A stretch of 64,000 bases of DNA from Mytilus trossulus (taxonomy: Eukaryota), in contig NC_086377.1 in the NCBI RefSeq assembly GCF_036588685.1, forward strand, positions 45,942,001 through 46,006,000. The letters are read 5' to 3'. Below, piece by piece: positions 26,492 through 38,290 of the stretch. The first letter of the stretch is position 1. Each line of letters begins with the position of its first letter. The notes under the pieces are model-generated. The model saw only the letters and a list, made by a program, of their open reading frames with translations, made no database searches and was not told where the DNA came from. The position numbers and the translations under genes were made by a program.

Positions 26492-26550
26492 TCCGGTTAG
26501 GATTTCTGGTTTTCACCCAGACGGCCCGGGTTCGATTCCCGGCATCGGAG
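26492..26550 (+). pseudogene. tRNA-Glu(TTC) pseudogene, 13-bp deletion
   Basis: TCCG[ATGTGGTCTAGTG]GTTAGG deleted: removes most of the A box, the 5' D stem and part of the acceptor stem. Confidence 0.92.
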
Positions 26551-27206
26551 CTTTAATTTTTTGTGATTGGAGGAAACAAATGTCAAAAGTCACGAAAACG
26601 ATATGCAGGATTCACATACTCCTCAGAGCGAACAAATTGCAATTGTTCCTCGCAACGTATGTTATCTTGCAGTTTGCATCTGCCGCTGTTTTGTGCCTTA
26701 ACATGATTAGGTCTTTAAATGGCACTGACTGAAATGAGATGGGTAACCATCACACCTGCAAAAGAATGTACTTTAGCAAATAATGACTTTATGTTTAAGA
26801 GTCATGTTTATGTTTTATGCATTTCTTGTCATTTAGTCAGTTGTTATGACATTATCCCCTCGGGATATTAGTTAGATACGATCACGTAATTCCTGTGTTT
26901 GCCACTCTCTCTACGATTCCCCTCAATTGCTAAAAATGGTAGCACCGGAGCCATTCACTCCTGGCACTCTTATAAAGGGCGTTCTCGACAATTTATTTGT
27001 ATCTTATTCAAGATTGACCTCTACGTAAAAAGAGGAAAGGCGTTGTATTTGAAAGGATGTCATCAAATGAATTTGTCATCAAATGAATTTGTTTTTACGT
27101 GAATTACCAGCAATGCCCATTATATATCCGTGGATGATACGATTATGTGTCGCGAATTCCACTGTCCTCTAATCAATTGAAAACCTTGAAAGAGTCAAAA
27201 AAGAAA

Positions 27207-27277
27207 TGCATCGGCCGGGAATCGAACCCGGGCCGCCCGCGTGGCAGGCGAGCATTCTACCACTGAACCACCGATGC
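27207..27277 (-). tRNA. tRNA-Gly(GCC)
   Basis: Copy of 167-237. Confidence 0.96.
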
Positions 27278-27948
27278 TTATGACTACCTCATGTTAAACT
27301 TGATCATATAAGGACACATGTTACCTGATATGTATGGTATAAATGCATGTTAATATGATACTGAAATTGTCGGTAGAAACACGTACGGCACAAATACATT
27401 TGAAAAGAGGAAATCGGCGATAATTTAGATCTCATTTGTTCAGCTGCAGCATATCATTGAATATCAACTGGCGGTTGAAATATAATGACCAGAAAAAACG
27501 CTACTGTCGGCTTCGTGTATAATTTAAAACTTAAATATAAGCTTATACCTGCGTAGTTAAAAAAAAATCGTGATCTTAAAGGGATAACTAACCTCAAGTC
27601 TTTCAAAGAAGACCTAATCGCAAAACGAAAAGTTCTGTAATTTGACATGATTTCTGTTGTGGTTTCCATGACAGACAACTTGAACTCGGTAAAGTCGACA
27701 TATGGTACATGCTAATTTTCATACTCCATGTAATTATAAGCTAAATGCATAACTTCGCCCTTTACCAATTGTACGTTTCTGCATCTAATATTTACCGACT
27801 GGTCTAGTTTTGTAAGCTTTGAATACTCTCCTGTGACAGTCATGCTGTCAGCTAAATCACAGTTATCATATGTTGACACAATCATAAATGTATTAGGCTG
27901 GGTAAGGACTCTTTTATATATAGCTTAAATTAAGCTAGTTCTACTAAG

Positions 27949-28007
27949 TCCGGTTAGGATTTCTGGTTTTCACCCAGACGGCCCGGGTTCGATTCCCGGC
28001 ATCGGAG
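27949..28007 (+). pseudogene. tRNA-Glu(TTC) pseudogene, 13-bp deletion
   Basis: Same deletion as 26492-26550. Confidence 0.92.
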
Positions 28008-28663
28008 CTTTAATTTTTTGTGATTGGAGGAAACAAATGTCAAAAGTCACGAAAACGATATGCAGGATTCACATACTCCTCAGAGCGAACAAATTGCAAT
28101 TGTTCCTCGCAACGTATGTTATCTTGCAGTTTGCATCTGCCGCTGTTTTGTGCCTTAACATGATTAGGTCTTTAAATGGCACTGACTGAAATGAGATGGG
28201 TAACCATCACACCTGCAAAAGAATGTACTTTAGCAAATAATGACTTTATGTTTAAGAGTCATGTTTATGTTTTATGCATTTCTTGTCATTTAGTCAGTTG
28301 TTATGACATTATCCCCTCGGGATATTAGTTAGATACGATCACGTAATTCCTGTGTTTGCCACTCTCTCTACGATTCCCCTCAATTGCTAAAAATGGTAGC
28401 ACCGGAGCCATTCACTCCTGGCACTCTTATAAAGGGCGTTCTCGACAATTTATTTGTATCTTATTCAAGATTGACCTCTACGTAAAAAGAGGAAAGGCGT
28501 TGTATTTGAAAGGATGTCATCAAATGAATTTGTCATCAAATGAATTTGTTTTTACGTGAATTACCAGCAATGCCCATTATATATCCGTGGATGATACGAT
28601 TATGTGTCGCGAATTCCACTGTCCTCTAATCAATTGAAAACCTTGAAAGAGTCAAAAAAGAAA

Positions 28664-28734
28664 TGCATCGGCCGGGAATCGAACCCGGGCCGCCCGCGTG
28701 GCAGGCGAGCATTCTACCACTGAACCACCGATGC
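28664..28734 (-). tRNA. tRNA-Gly(GCC)
   Basis: Copy of 167-237. Confidence 0.96.
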
Positions 28735-29405
28735 TTATGACTACCTCATGTTAAACTTGATCATATAAGGACACATGTTACCTGATATGTATGGTATAAA
28801 TGCATGTTAATATGATACTGAAATTGTCGGTAGAAACACGTACGGCACAAATACATTTGAAAAGAGGAAATCGGCGATAATTTAGATCTCATTTGTTCAG
28901 CTGCAGCATATCATTGAATATCAACTGGCGGTTGAAATATAATGACCAGAAAAAACGCTACTGTCGGCTTCGTGTATAATTTAAAACTTAAATATAAGCT
29001 TATACCTGCGTAGTTAAAAAAAAATCGTGATCTTAAAGGGATAACTAACCTCAAGTCTTTCAAAGAAGACCTAATCGCAAAACGAAAAGTTCTGTAATTT
29101 GACATGATTTCTGTTGTGGTTTCCATGACAGACAACTTGAACTCGGTAAAGTCGACATATGGTACATGCTAATTTTCATACTCCATGTAATTATAAGCTA
29201 AATGCATAACTTCGCCCTTTACCAATTGTACGTTTCTGCATCTAATATTTACCGACTGGTCTAGTTTTGTAAGCTTTGAATACTCTCCTGTGACAGTCAT
29301 GCTGTCAGCTAAATCACAGTTATCATATGTTGACACAATCATAAATGTATTAGGCTGGGTAAGGACTCTTTTATATATAGCTTAAATTAAGCTAGTTCTA
29401 CTAAG

Positions 29406-29477
29406 TCCGATGTGGTCTAGTGGTTAGGATTTCTGGTTTTCACCCAGACGGCCCGGGTTCGATTCCCGGCATCGGAG
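29406..29477 (+). tRNA. tRNA-Glu(TTC)
   Basis: Copy of 905-976. Confidence 0.96.
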
Positions 29478-30133
29478 CTTTAATTTTTTGTGATTGGAGG
29501 AAACAAATGTCAAAAGTCACGAAAACGATATGCAGGATTCACATACTCCTCAGAGCGAACAAATTGCAATTGTTCCTCGCAACGTATGTTATCTTGCAGT
29601 TTGCATCTGCCGCTGTTTTGTGCCTTAACATGATTAGGTCTTTAAATGGCACTGACTGAAATGAGATGGGTAACCATCACACCTGCAAAAGAATGTACTT
29701 TAGCAAATAATGACTTTATGTTTAAGAGTCATGTTTATGTTTTATGCATTTCTTGTCATTTAGTCAGTTGTTATGACATTATCCCCTCGGGATATTAGTT
29801 AGATACGATCACGTAATTCCTGTGTTTGCCACTCTCTCTACGATTCCCCTCAATTGCTAAAAATGGTAGCACCGGAGCCATTCACTCCTGGCACTCTTAT
29901 AAAGGGCGTTCTCGACAATTTATTTGTATCTTATTCAAGATTGACCTCTACGTAAAAAGAGGAAAGGCGTTGTATTTGAAAGGATGTCATCAAATGAATT
30001 TGTCATCAAATGAATTTGTTTTTACGTGAATTACCAGCAATGCCCATTATATATCCGTGGATGATACGATTATGTGTCGCGAATTCCACTGTCCTCTAAT
30101 CAATTGAAAACCTTGAAAGAGTCAAAAAAGAAA

Positions 30134-30204
30134 TGCATCGGCCGGGAATCGAACCCGGGCCGCCCGCGTGGCAGGCGAGCATTCTACCACTGAACCACCG
30201 ATGC
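30134..30204 (-). tRNA. tRNA-Gly(GCC)
   Basis: Copy of 167-237. Confidence 0.96.
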
Positions 30205-30875
30205 TTATAACTACCTCATGTTAAACTTGATCATATAAGGACACATGTTACCTGATATGTATGGTATAAATGCATGTTAATATGATACTGAAATTGTCGG
30301 TAGAAACACGTACGGCACAAATACATTTGAAAAGAGGAAATCGGCGATAATTTAGATCTCATTTGTTCAGCTGCAGCATATCATTGAATATCAACTGGCG
30401 GTTGAAATATAATGACCAGAAAAAACGCTACTGTCGGCTTCGTGTATAATTTAAAACTTAAATATAAGCTTATACCTGCGTAGTTAAAAAAAAATCGTGA
30501 TCTTAAAGGGATAACTAACCTCAAGTCTTTCAAAGAAGACCTAATCGCAAAACGAAAAGTTCTGTAATTTGACATGATTTCTGTTGTGGTTTCCATGACA
30601 GACAACTTGAACTCGGTAAAGTCGACATATGGTACATGCTAATTTTCATACTCCATGTAATTATAAGCTAAATGCATAACTTCGCCCTTTACCAATTGTA
30701 CGTTTCTGCATCTAATATTTACCGACTGGTCTAGTTTTGTAAGCTTTGAATACTCTCCTGTGACAGTCATGCTGTCAGCTAAATCACAGTTATCATATGT
30801 TGACACAATCATAAATGTATTAGGCTGGGTAAGGACTCTTTTATATATAGCTTAAATTAAGCTAGTTCTACTAAG

Positions 30876-30947
30876 TCCGATGTGGTCTAGTGGTTAGGAT
30901 TTCTGGTTTTCACCCAGACGGCCCGGGTTCGATTCCCGGCATCGGAG
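30876..30947 (+). tRNA. tRNA-Glu(TTC)
   Basis: Copy of 905-976. Confidence 0.96.
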
Positions 30948-31603
30948 CTTTAATTTTTTGTGATTGGAGGAAACAAATGTCAAAAGTCACGAAAACGATA
31001 TGCAGGATTCACATACTCCTCAGAGCGAACAAATTGCAATTGTTCCTCGCAACGTATGTTATCTTGCAGTTTGCATCTGCCGCTGTTTTGTGCCTTAACA
31101 TGATTAGGTCTTTAAATGGCACTGACTGAAATGAGATGGGTAACCATCACACCTGCAAAAGAATGTACTTTAGCAAATAATGACTTTATGTTTAAGAGTC
31201 ATGTTTATGTTTTATGCATTTCTTGTCATTTAGTCAGTTGTTATGACATTATCCCCTCGGGATATTAGTTAGATACGATCACGTAATTCCTGTGTTTGCC
31301 ACTCTCTCTACGATTCCCCTCAATTGCTAAAAATGGTAGCACCGGAGCCATTCACTCCTGGCACTCTTATAAAGGGCGTTCTCGACAATTTATTTGTATC
31401 TTATTCAAGATTGACCTCTACGTAAAAAGAGGAAAGGCGTTGTATTTGAAAGGATGTCATCAAATGAATTTGTCATCAAATGAATTTGTTTTTACGTGAA
31501 TTACCAGCAATGCCCATTATATATCCGTGGATGATACGATTATGTGTCGCGAATTCCACTGTCCTCTAATCAATTGAAAACCTTGAAAGAGTCAAAAAAG
31601 AAA

Positions 31604-31674
31604 TGCATCGGCCGGGAATCGAACCCGGGCCGCCCGCGTGGCAGGCGAGCATTCTACCACTGAACCACCGATGC
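31604..31674 (-). tRNA. tRNA-Gly(GCC)
   Basis: Copy of 167-237. Confidence 0.96.
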
Positions 31675-32345
31675 TTATAACTACCTCATGTTAAACTTGA
31701 TCATATAAGGACACATGTTACCTGATATGTATGGTATAAATGCATGTTAATATGATACTGAAATTGTCGGTAGAAACACGTACGGCACAAATACATTTGA
31801 AAAGAGGAAATCGGCGATAATTTAGATCTCATTTGTTCAGCTGCAGCATATCATTGAATATCAACTGGCGGTTGAAATATAATGACCAGAAAAAACGCTA
31901 CTGTCGGCTTCGTGTATAATTTAAAACTTAAATATAAGCTTATACCTGCGTAGTTAAAAAAAAATCGTGATCTTAAAGGGATAACTAACCTCAAGTCTTT
32001 CAAAGAAGACCTAATCGCAAAACGAAAAGTTCTGTAATTTGACATGATTTCTGTTGTGGTTTCCATGACAGACAACTTGAACTCGGTAAAGTCGACATAT
32101 GGTACATGCTAATTTTCATACTCCATGTAATTATAAGCTAAATGCATAACTTCGCCCTTTACCAATTGTACGTTTCTGCATCTAATATTTACCGACTGGT
32201 CTAGTTTTGTAAGCTTTGAATACTCTCCTGTGACAGTCATGCTGTCAGCTAAATCACAGTTATCATATGTTGACACAATCATAAATGTATTAGGCTGGGT
32301 AAGGACTCTTTTATATATAGCTTAAATTAAGCTAGTTCTACTAAG

Positions 32346-32417
32346 TCCGATGTGGTCTAGTGGTTAGGATTTCTGGTTTTCACCCAGACGGCCCGGGTTC
32401 GATTCCCGGCATCGGAG
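32346..32417 (+). tRNA. tRNA-Glu(TTC)
   Basis: Copy of 905-976. Confidence 0.96.
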
Positions 32418-33073
32418 CTTTAATTTTTTGTGATTGGAGGAAACAAATGTCAAAAGTCACGAAAACGATATGCAGGATTCACATACTCCTCAGAGCGAAC
32501 AAATTGCAATTGTTCCTCGCAACGTATGTTATCTTGCAGTTTGCATCTGCCGCTGTTTTGTGCCTTAACATGATTAGGTCTTTAAATGGCACTGACTGAA
32601 ATGAGATGGGTAACCATCACACCTGCAAAAGAATGTACTTTAGCAAATAATGACTTTATGTTTAAGAGTCATGTTTATGTTTTATGCATTTCTTGTCATT
32701 TAGTCAGTTGTTATGACATTATCCCCTCGGGATATTAGTTAGATACGATCACGTAATTCCTGTGTTTGCCACTCTCTCTACGATTCCCCTCAATTGCTAA
32801 AAATGGTAGCACCGGAGCCATTCACTCCTGGCACTCTTATAAAGGGCGTTCTCGACAATTTATTTGTATCTTATTCAAGATTGACCTCTACGTAAAAAGA
32901 GGAAAGGCGTTGTATTTGAAAGGATGTCATCAAATGAATTTGTCATCAAATGAATTTGTTTTTACGTGAATTACCAGCAATGCCCATTATATATCCGTGG
33001 ATGATACGATTATGTGTCGCGAATTCCACTGTCCTCTAATCAATTGAAAACATTGAAAGAGTCAAAAAAGAAA

Positions 33074-33144
33074 TGCATCGGCCGGGAATCGAACCCGGGC
33101 CGCCCGCGTGGCAGGCGAGCATTCTACCACTGAACCACCGATGC
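33074..33144 (-). tRNA. tRNA-Gly(GCC)
   Basis: Copy of 167-237. Confidence 0.96.
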
Positions 33145-33815
33145 TTATGACTACCTCATGTTAAACTTGATCATATAAGGACACATGTTACCTGATATGT
33201 ATGGTATAAATGCATGTTAATATGATACTGAAATTGTCGGTAGAAACACGTACGGCACAAATACATTTGAAAAGAGGAAATCGGCGATAATTTAGATCTC
33301 ATTTGTTCAGCTGCAGCATATCATTGAATATCAACTGGCGGTTGAAATATAATGACCAGAAAAAACGCTACTGTCGGCTTCGTGTATAATTTAAAACTTA
33401 AATATAAGCTTATACCTGCGTAGTTAAAAAAAAATCGTGATCTTAAAGGGATAACTAACCTCAAGTCTTTCAAAGAAGACCTAATCGCAAAACGAAAAGT
33501 TCTGTAATTTGACATGATTTCTGTTGTGGTTTCCATGACAGACAACTTGAACTCGGTAAAGTCGACATATGGTACATGCTAATTTTCATACTCCATGTAA
33601 TTATAAGCTAAATGCATAACTTCGCCCTTTACCAATTGTACGTTTCTGCATCTAATATTTACCGACTGGTCTAGTTTTGTAAGCTTTGAATACTCTCCTG
33701 TGACAGTCATGCTGTCAGCTAAATCACAGTTATCATATGTTGACACAATCATAAATGTATTAGGCTGGGTAAGGACTCTTTTATATATAGCTTAAATTAA
33801 GCTAGTTCTACTAAG

Positions 33816-33887
33816 TCCGATGTGGTCTAGTGGTTAGGATTTCTGGTTTTCACCCAGACGGCCCGGGTTCGATTCCCGGCATCGGAG
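33816..33887 (+). tRNA. tRNA-Glu(TTC)
   Basis: Copy of 905-976. Confidence 0.96.
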
Positions 33888-34544
33888 CTTTAATTTTTTG
33901 TGATTGGAGGAAACAAATGTCAAAAGTCACGAAAACGATATGCAGGATTCACATACTCCTCAGAGCGAACAAATTGCAATTGTTCCTCGCAACGTATGTT
34001 ATCTTGCAGTTTGCATCTGCCGCTGTTTTGTGCCTTAACATGATTAGGTCTTTAAATGGCACTGACTGAAATGAGATGGGTAACCATCACACCTGCAAAA
34101 GAATGTACTTTAGCAAATAATGACTTTATGTTTAAGAGTCATGTTTATGTTTTATGCATTTCTTGTCATTTAGTCAGTTGTTATGACATTATCCCCTCGG
34201 GATATTAGTTAGATACGATCACGTAATTCCCTGTGTTTGCCACTCTCTCTACGATTCCCCTCAATTGCTAAAAATGGTAGCACCGGAGCCATTCACTCCT
34301 GGCACTCTTATAAAGGGCGTTCTCGACAATTTATTTGTATCTTATTCAAGATTGACCTCTACGTAAAAAGAGGAAAGGCGTTGTATTTGAAAGGATGTCA
34401 TCAAATGAATTTGTCATCAAATGAATTTGTTTTTACGTGAATTACCAGCAATGCCCATTATATATCCGTGGATGATACGATTATGTGTCGCGAATTCCAC
34501 TGTCCTCTAATCAATTGAAAACCTTGAAAGAGTCAAAAAAGAAA

Positions 34545-34615
34545 TGCATCGGCCGGGAATCGAACCCGGGCCGCCCGCGTGGCAGGCGAGCATTCTACCA
34601 CTGAACCACCGATGC
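34545..34615 (-). tRNA. tRNA-Gly(GCC)
   Basis: Copy of 167-237. Confidence 0.96.
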
Positions 34616-35286
34616 TTATGACTACCTCATGTTAAACTTGATCATATAAGGACACATGTTACCTGATATGTATGGTATAAATGCATGTTAATATGATACT
34701 GAAATTGTCGGTAGAAACACGTACGGCACAAATACATTTGAAAAGAGGAAATCGGCGATAATTTAGATCTCATTTGTTCAGCTGCAGCATATCATTGAAT
34801 ATCAACTGGCGGTTGAAATATAATGACCAGAAAAAACGCTACTGTCGGCTTCGTGTATAATTTAAAACTTAAATATAAGCTTATACCTGCGTAGTTAAAA
34901 AAAAATCGTGATCTTAAAGGGATAACTAACCTCAAGTCTTTCAAAGAAGACCTAATCGCAAAACGAAAAGTTCTGTAATTTGACATGATTTCTGTTGTGG
35001 TTTCCATGACAGACAACTTGAACTCGGTAAAGTCGACATATGGTACATGCTAATTTTCATACTCCATGTAATTATAAGCTAAATGCATAACTTCGCCCTT
35101 TACCAATTGTACGTTTCTGCATCTAATATTTACCGACTGGTCTAGTTTTGTAAGCTTTGAATACTCTCCTGTGACAGTCATGCTGTCAGCTAAATCACAG
35201 TTATCATATGTTGACACAATCATAAATGTATTAGGCTGGGTAAGGACTCTTTTATATATAGCTTAAATTAAGCTAGTTCTACTAAG

Positions 35287-35358
35287 TCCGATGTGGTCTA
35301 GTGGTTAGGATTTCTGGTTTTCACCCAGACGGCCCGGGTTCGATTCCCGGCATCGGAG
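35287..35358 (+). tRNA. tRNA-Glu(TTC)
   Basis: Copy of 905-976. Confidence 0.96.
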
Positions 35359-36014
35359 CTTTAATTTTTTGTGATTGGAGGAAACAAATGTCAAAAGTCA
35401 CGAAAACGATATGCAGGATTCACATACTCCTCAGAGCGAACAAATTGCAATTGTTCCTCGCAACGTATGTTATCTTGCAGTTTGCATCTGCCGCTGTTTT
35501 GTGCCTTAACATGATTAGGTCTTTAAATGGCACTGACTGAAATGAGATGGGTAACCATCACACCTGCAAAAGAATGTACTTTAGCAAATAATGACTTTAT
35601 GTTTAAGAGTCATGTTTATGTTTTATGCATTTCTTGTCATTTAGTCAGTTGTTATGACATTATCCCCTCGGGATATTAGTTAGATACGATCACGTAATTC
35701 CTGTGTTTGCCACTCTCTCTACGATTCCCCTCAATTGCTAAAAATGGTAGCACCGGAGCCATTCACTCCTGGCACTCTTATAAAGGGCGTTCTCGACAAT
35801 TTATTTGTATCTTATTCAAGATTGACCTCTACGTAAAAAGAGGAAAGGCGTTGTATTTGAAAGGATGTCATCAAATGAATTTGTCATCAAATGAATTTGT
35901 TTTTACGTGAATTACCAGCAATGCCCATTATATATCCGTGGATGATACGATTATGTGTCGCGAATTCCACTGTCCTCTAATCAATTGAAAACCTTGAAAG
36001 AGTCAAAAAAGAAA

Positions 36015-36085
36015 TGCATCGGCCGGGAATCGAACCCGGGCCGCCCGCGTGGCAGGCGAGCATTCTACCACTGAACCACCGATGC
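36015..36085 (-). tRNA. tRNA-Gly(GCC)
   Basis: Copy of 167-237. Confidence 0.96.
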
Positions 36086-36683
36086 TTATGACTACCTCAT
36101 GTTAAACTTGATCATATAAGGACACATGTTACCTGATATGTATGGTATAAATGCATGTTAATATGATACTGAAATTGTCGGTAGAAACACGTACGGCACA
36201 AATACATTTGAAAAGAGGAAATCGGCGATAATTTAGATCTCATTTGTTCAGCTGCAGCATATCATTGAATATCAACTGGCGGTTGAAATATAATGACCAG
36301 AAAAAACGCTACTGTCGGCTTCGTGTATAATTTAAAACTTAAATATAAGCTTATACCTGCGTAGTTAAAAAAAAATCGTGATCTTAAAGGGATAACTAAC
36401 CTCAAGTCTTTCAAAGAAGACCTAATCGCAAAACGAAAAGTTCTGTAATTTGACATGATTTCTGTTGTGGTTTCCATGACAGACAACTTGAACTCGGTAA
36501 AGTCGACATATGGTACATGCTAATTTTCATACTCCATGTAATTATAAGCTAAATGCATAACTTCGCCCTTTACCAATTGTACGTTTCTGCATCTAATATT
36601 TACCGACTGGTCTAGTTTTGTAAGCTTTGAATACTCTCCTGTGACAGTCATGCTGTCAGCTAAATCACAGTTATCATATCACA

Positions 36684-38207
36684 TGTAGTAGGTGGTTTTC
36701 TATGCGTTAATAACACCAACAATGAGATCTAAGGTTCTGATGATTTATTTACCAGTATATAAAACAAGTCTGAAATAGCAATACAACATATATAAATAAC
36801 AAGCTATTTCTTATAACATAATATATATACTTTTACGAATATCACAGGTTATATAGTACAGGAATACAATTAATAATACATTTAACTGTTAATTACTAAT
36901 TAGCAAGTAAAATGTATTGCAAGTAGAAAATATTCATTGTTTACTTTTACTGAAATTGACATCGGGTGTCACGTGTACTTTTACAAATGTTTGACCTTTA
37001 ACTATACACTAAATCGGAATGTCATACGTAATTTATGTGTATCTGTGTATTTGTATTCAATACTGGTTTACCTTACAAACGGTATGTAATAAATGTTACA
37101 ACTACATTTATTAATAATGACTTCATTAAAATATATAACACGTATAATAATTAACTATATAATATCATACAACAATCATAAAGTCGCAAATATAATAATC
37201 ATAAAGACTTATGATGTCAATATTATCGATTCATTAAAAAGCTCCAAACTAACGGGAGATAACTCATGTTTACAATACAATATAAACAAAGCTTAACTAT
37301 AAATAAATATACTCTTACCACTTGTGGAGTGAGTTGTGCTGATACGGTTAACGGCACATCATATAAACATCACACAATCATGTGTTTTACATAATTACGT
37401 TACATGGATTCCTGAAACCAAAATACGAACATAAATACTCGGAATCGAATTATAAAAATATACAATGTACTAAATATTCTTTACTCATTCATATTTGTAC
37501 TTGATAAAAACTATTTACTACAAAACTATTACTTTATATAAATGGAAACACTTTTCCGTCTTTTACTTAATAAGCCGTCATTTATAAAATATAGACTATT
37601 CATGACAATAATCAAATAGTAATGTACGCAAATTAACAATACAATTCTACCGTGGCAAATAAACCGTAGATTATAAAATCATATACTTCTAGCTTAATAA
37701 AATACTATCATGTACATCTTGTGTACTTGTGTTACATACATGCGATATGAGGAGAACGTTACAAAACAAAATAGAAACTTTACTAGAATATCATTTACGT
37801 GAAAAATATGAATAATGTTAATAAAGAAGTAACTTACAGTATTCTATAATAATGTTGTCCAAAATATATAAGGTTTACAGGTAAACTATGTGGTCAAGAT
37901 AAACAGACATAAATTCAATGAACTGTCATGGCTATCGTCCGTGGAAATGTACAGGTACAAAACAAAGGAAATTAAACTTGACCGCGAAATATAAACAGCC
38001 AATCAGATACAATGATTTAAGTAAATCCCTAATGAATATTCATAAAATAACGTGAATATTACTATACATAAAAATAAGGTTTGCAAGTAATAATTTAAAC
38101 TGAATATACAATATTCAAAATATGTAATTAAGCTTTTTAATAAATATAGTAATTAAATAGATGATTTTTACAATATATAAAATTATCATAAAAATCACTC
38201 TGCTACA
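36684..38207 (-). repeat. 3' LTR (1524 bp)
   Basis: Matches 44553-46076 except two substitutions I could see (37139/45008 and 37912/45781); adjacent to the PPT. Confidence 0.95.
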
Positions 38208-38218
38208 TTCTCCCCGCT
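38208..38218 (-). promoter_or_regulatory. Polypurine tract
   Basis: Minus strand AGCGGGGAGAA immediately before the TG of the 3' LTR. Confidence 0.85.
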
Positions 38219-38290
38219 GTAGGAAAATGACTTCCACGTCATTCCCGTCTGTTTCCCCCTTCACTGAAGGTTGACGTCCTCGGCAAGCCA

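Noticed and set aside
37093-37296. 67-aa ORF in each LTR (also 44962-45165)
   Set aside because: Low-complexity Ile/Asn-rich product of AT-rich DNA, antisense to the element.
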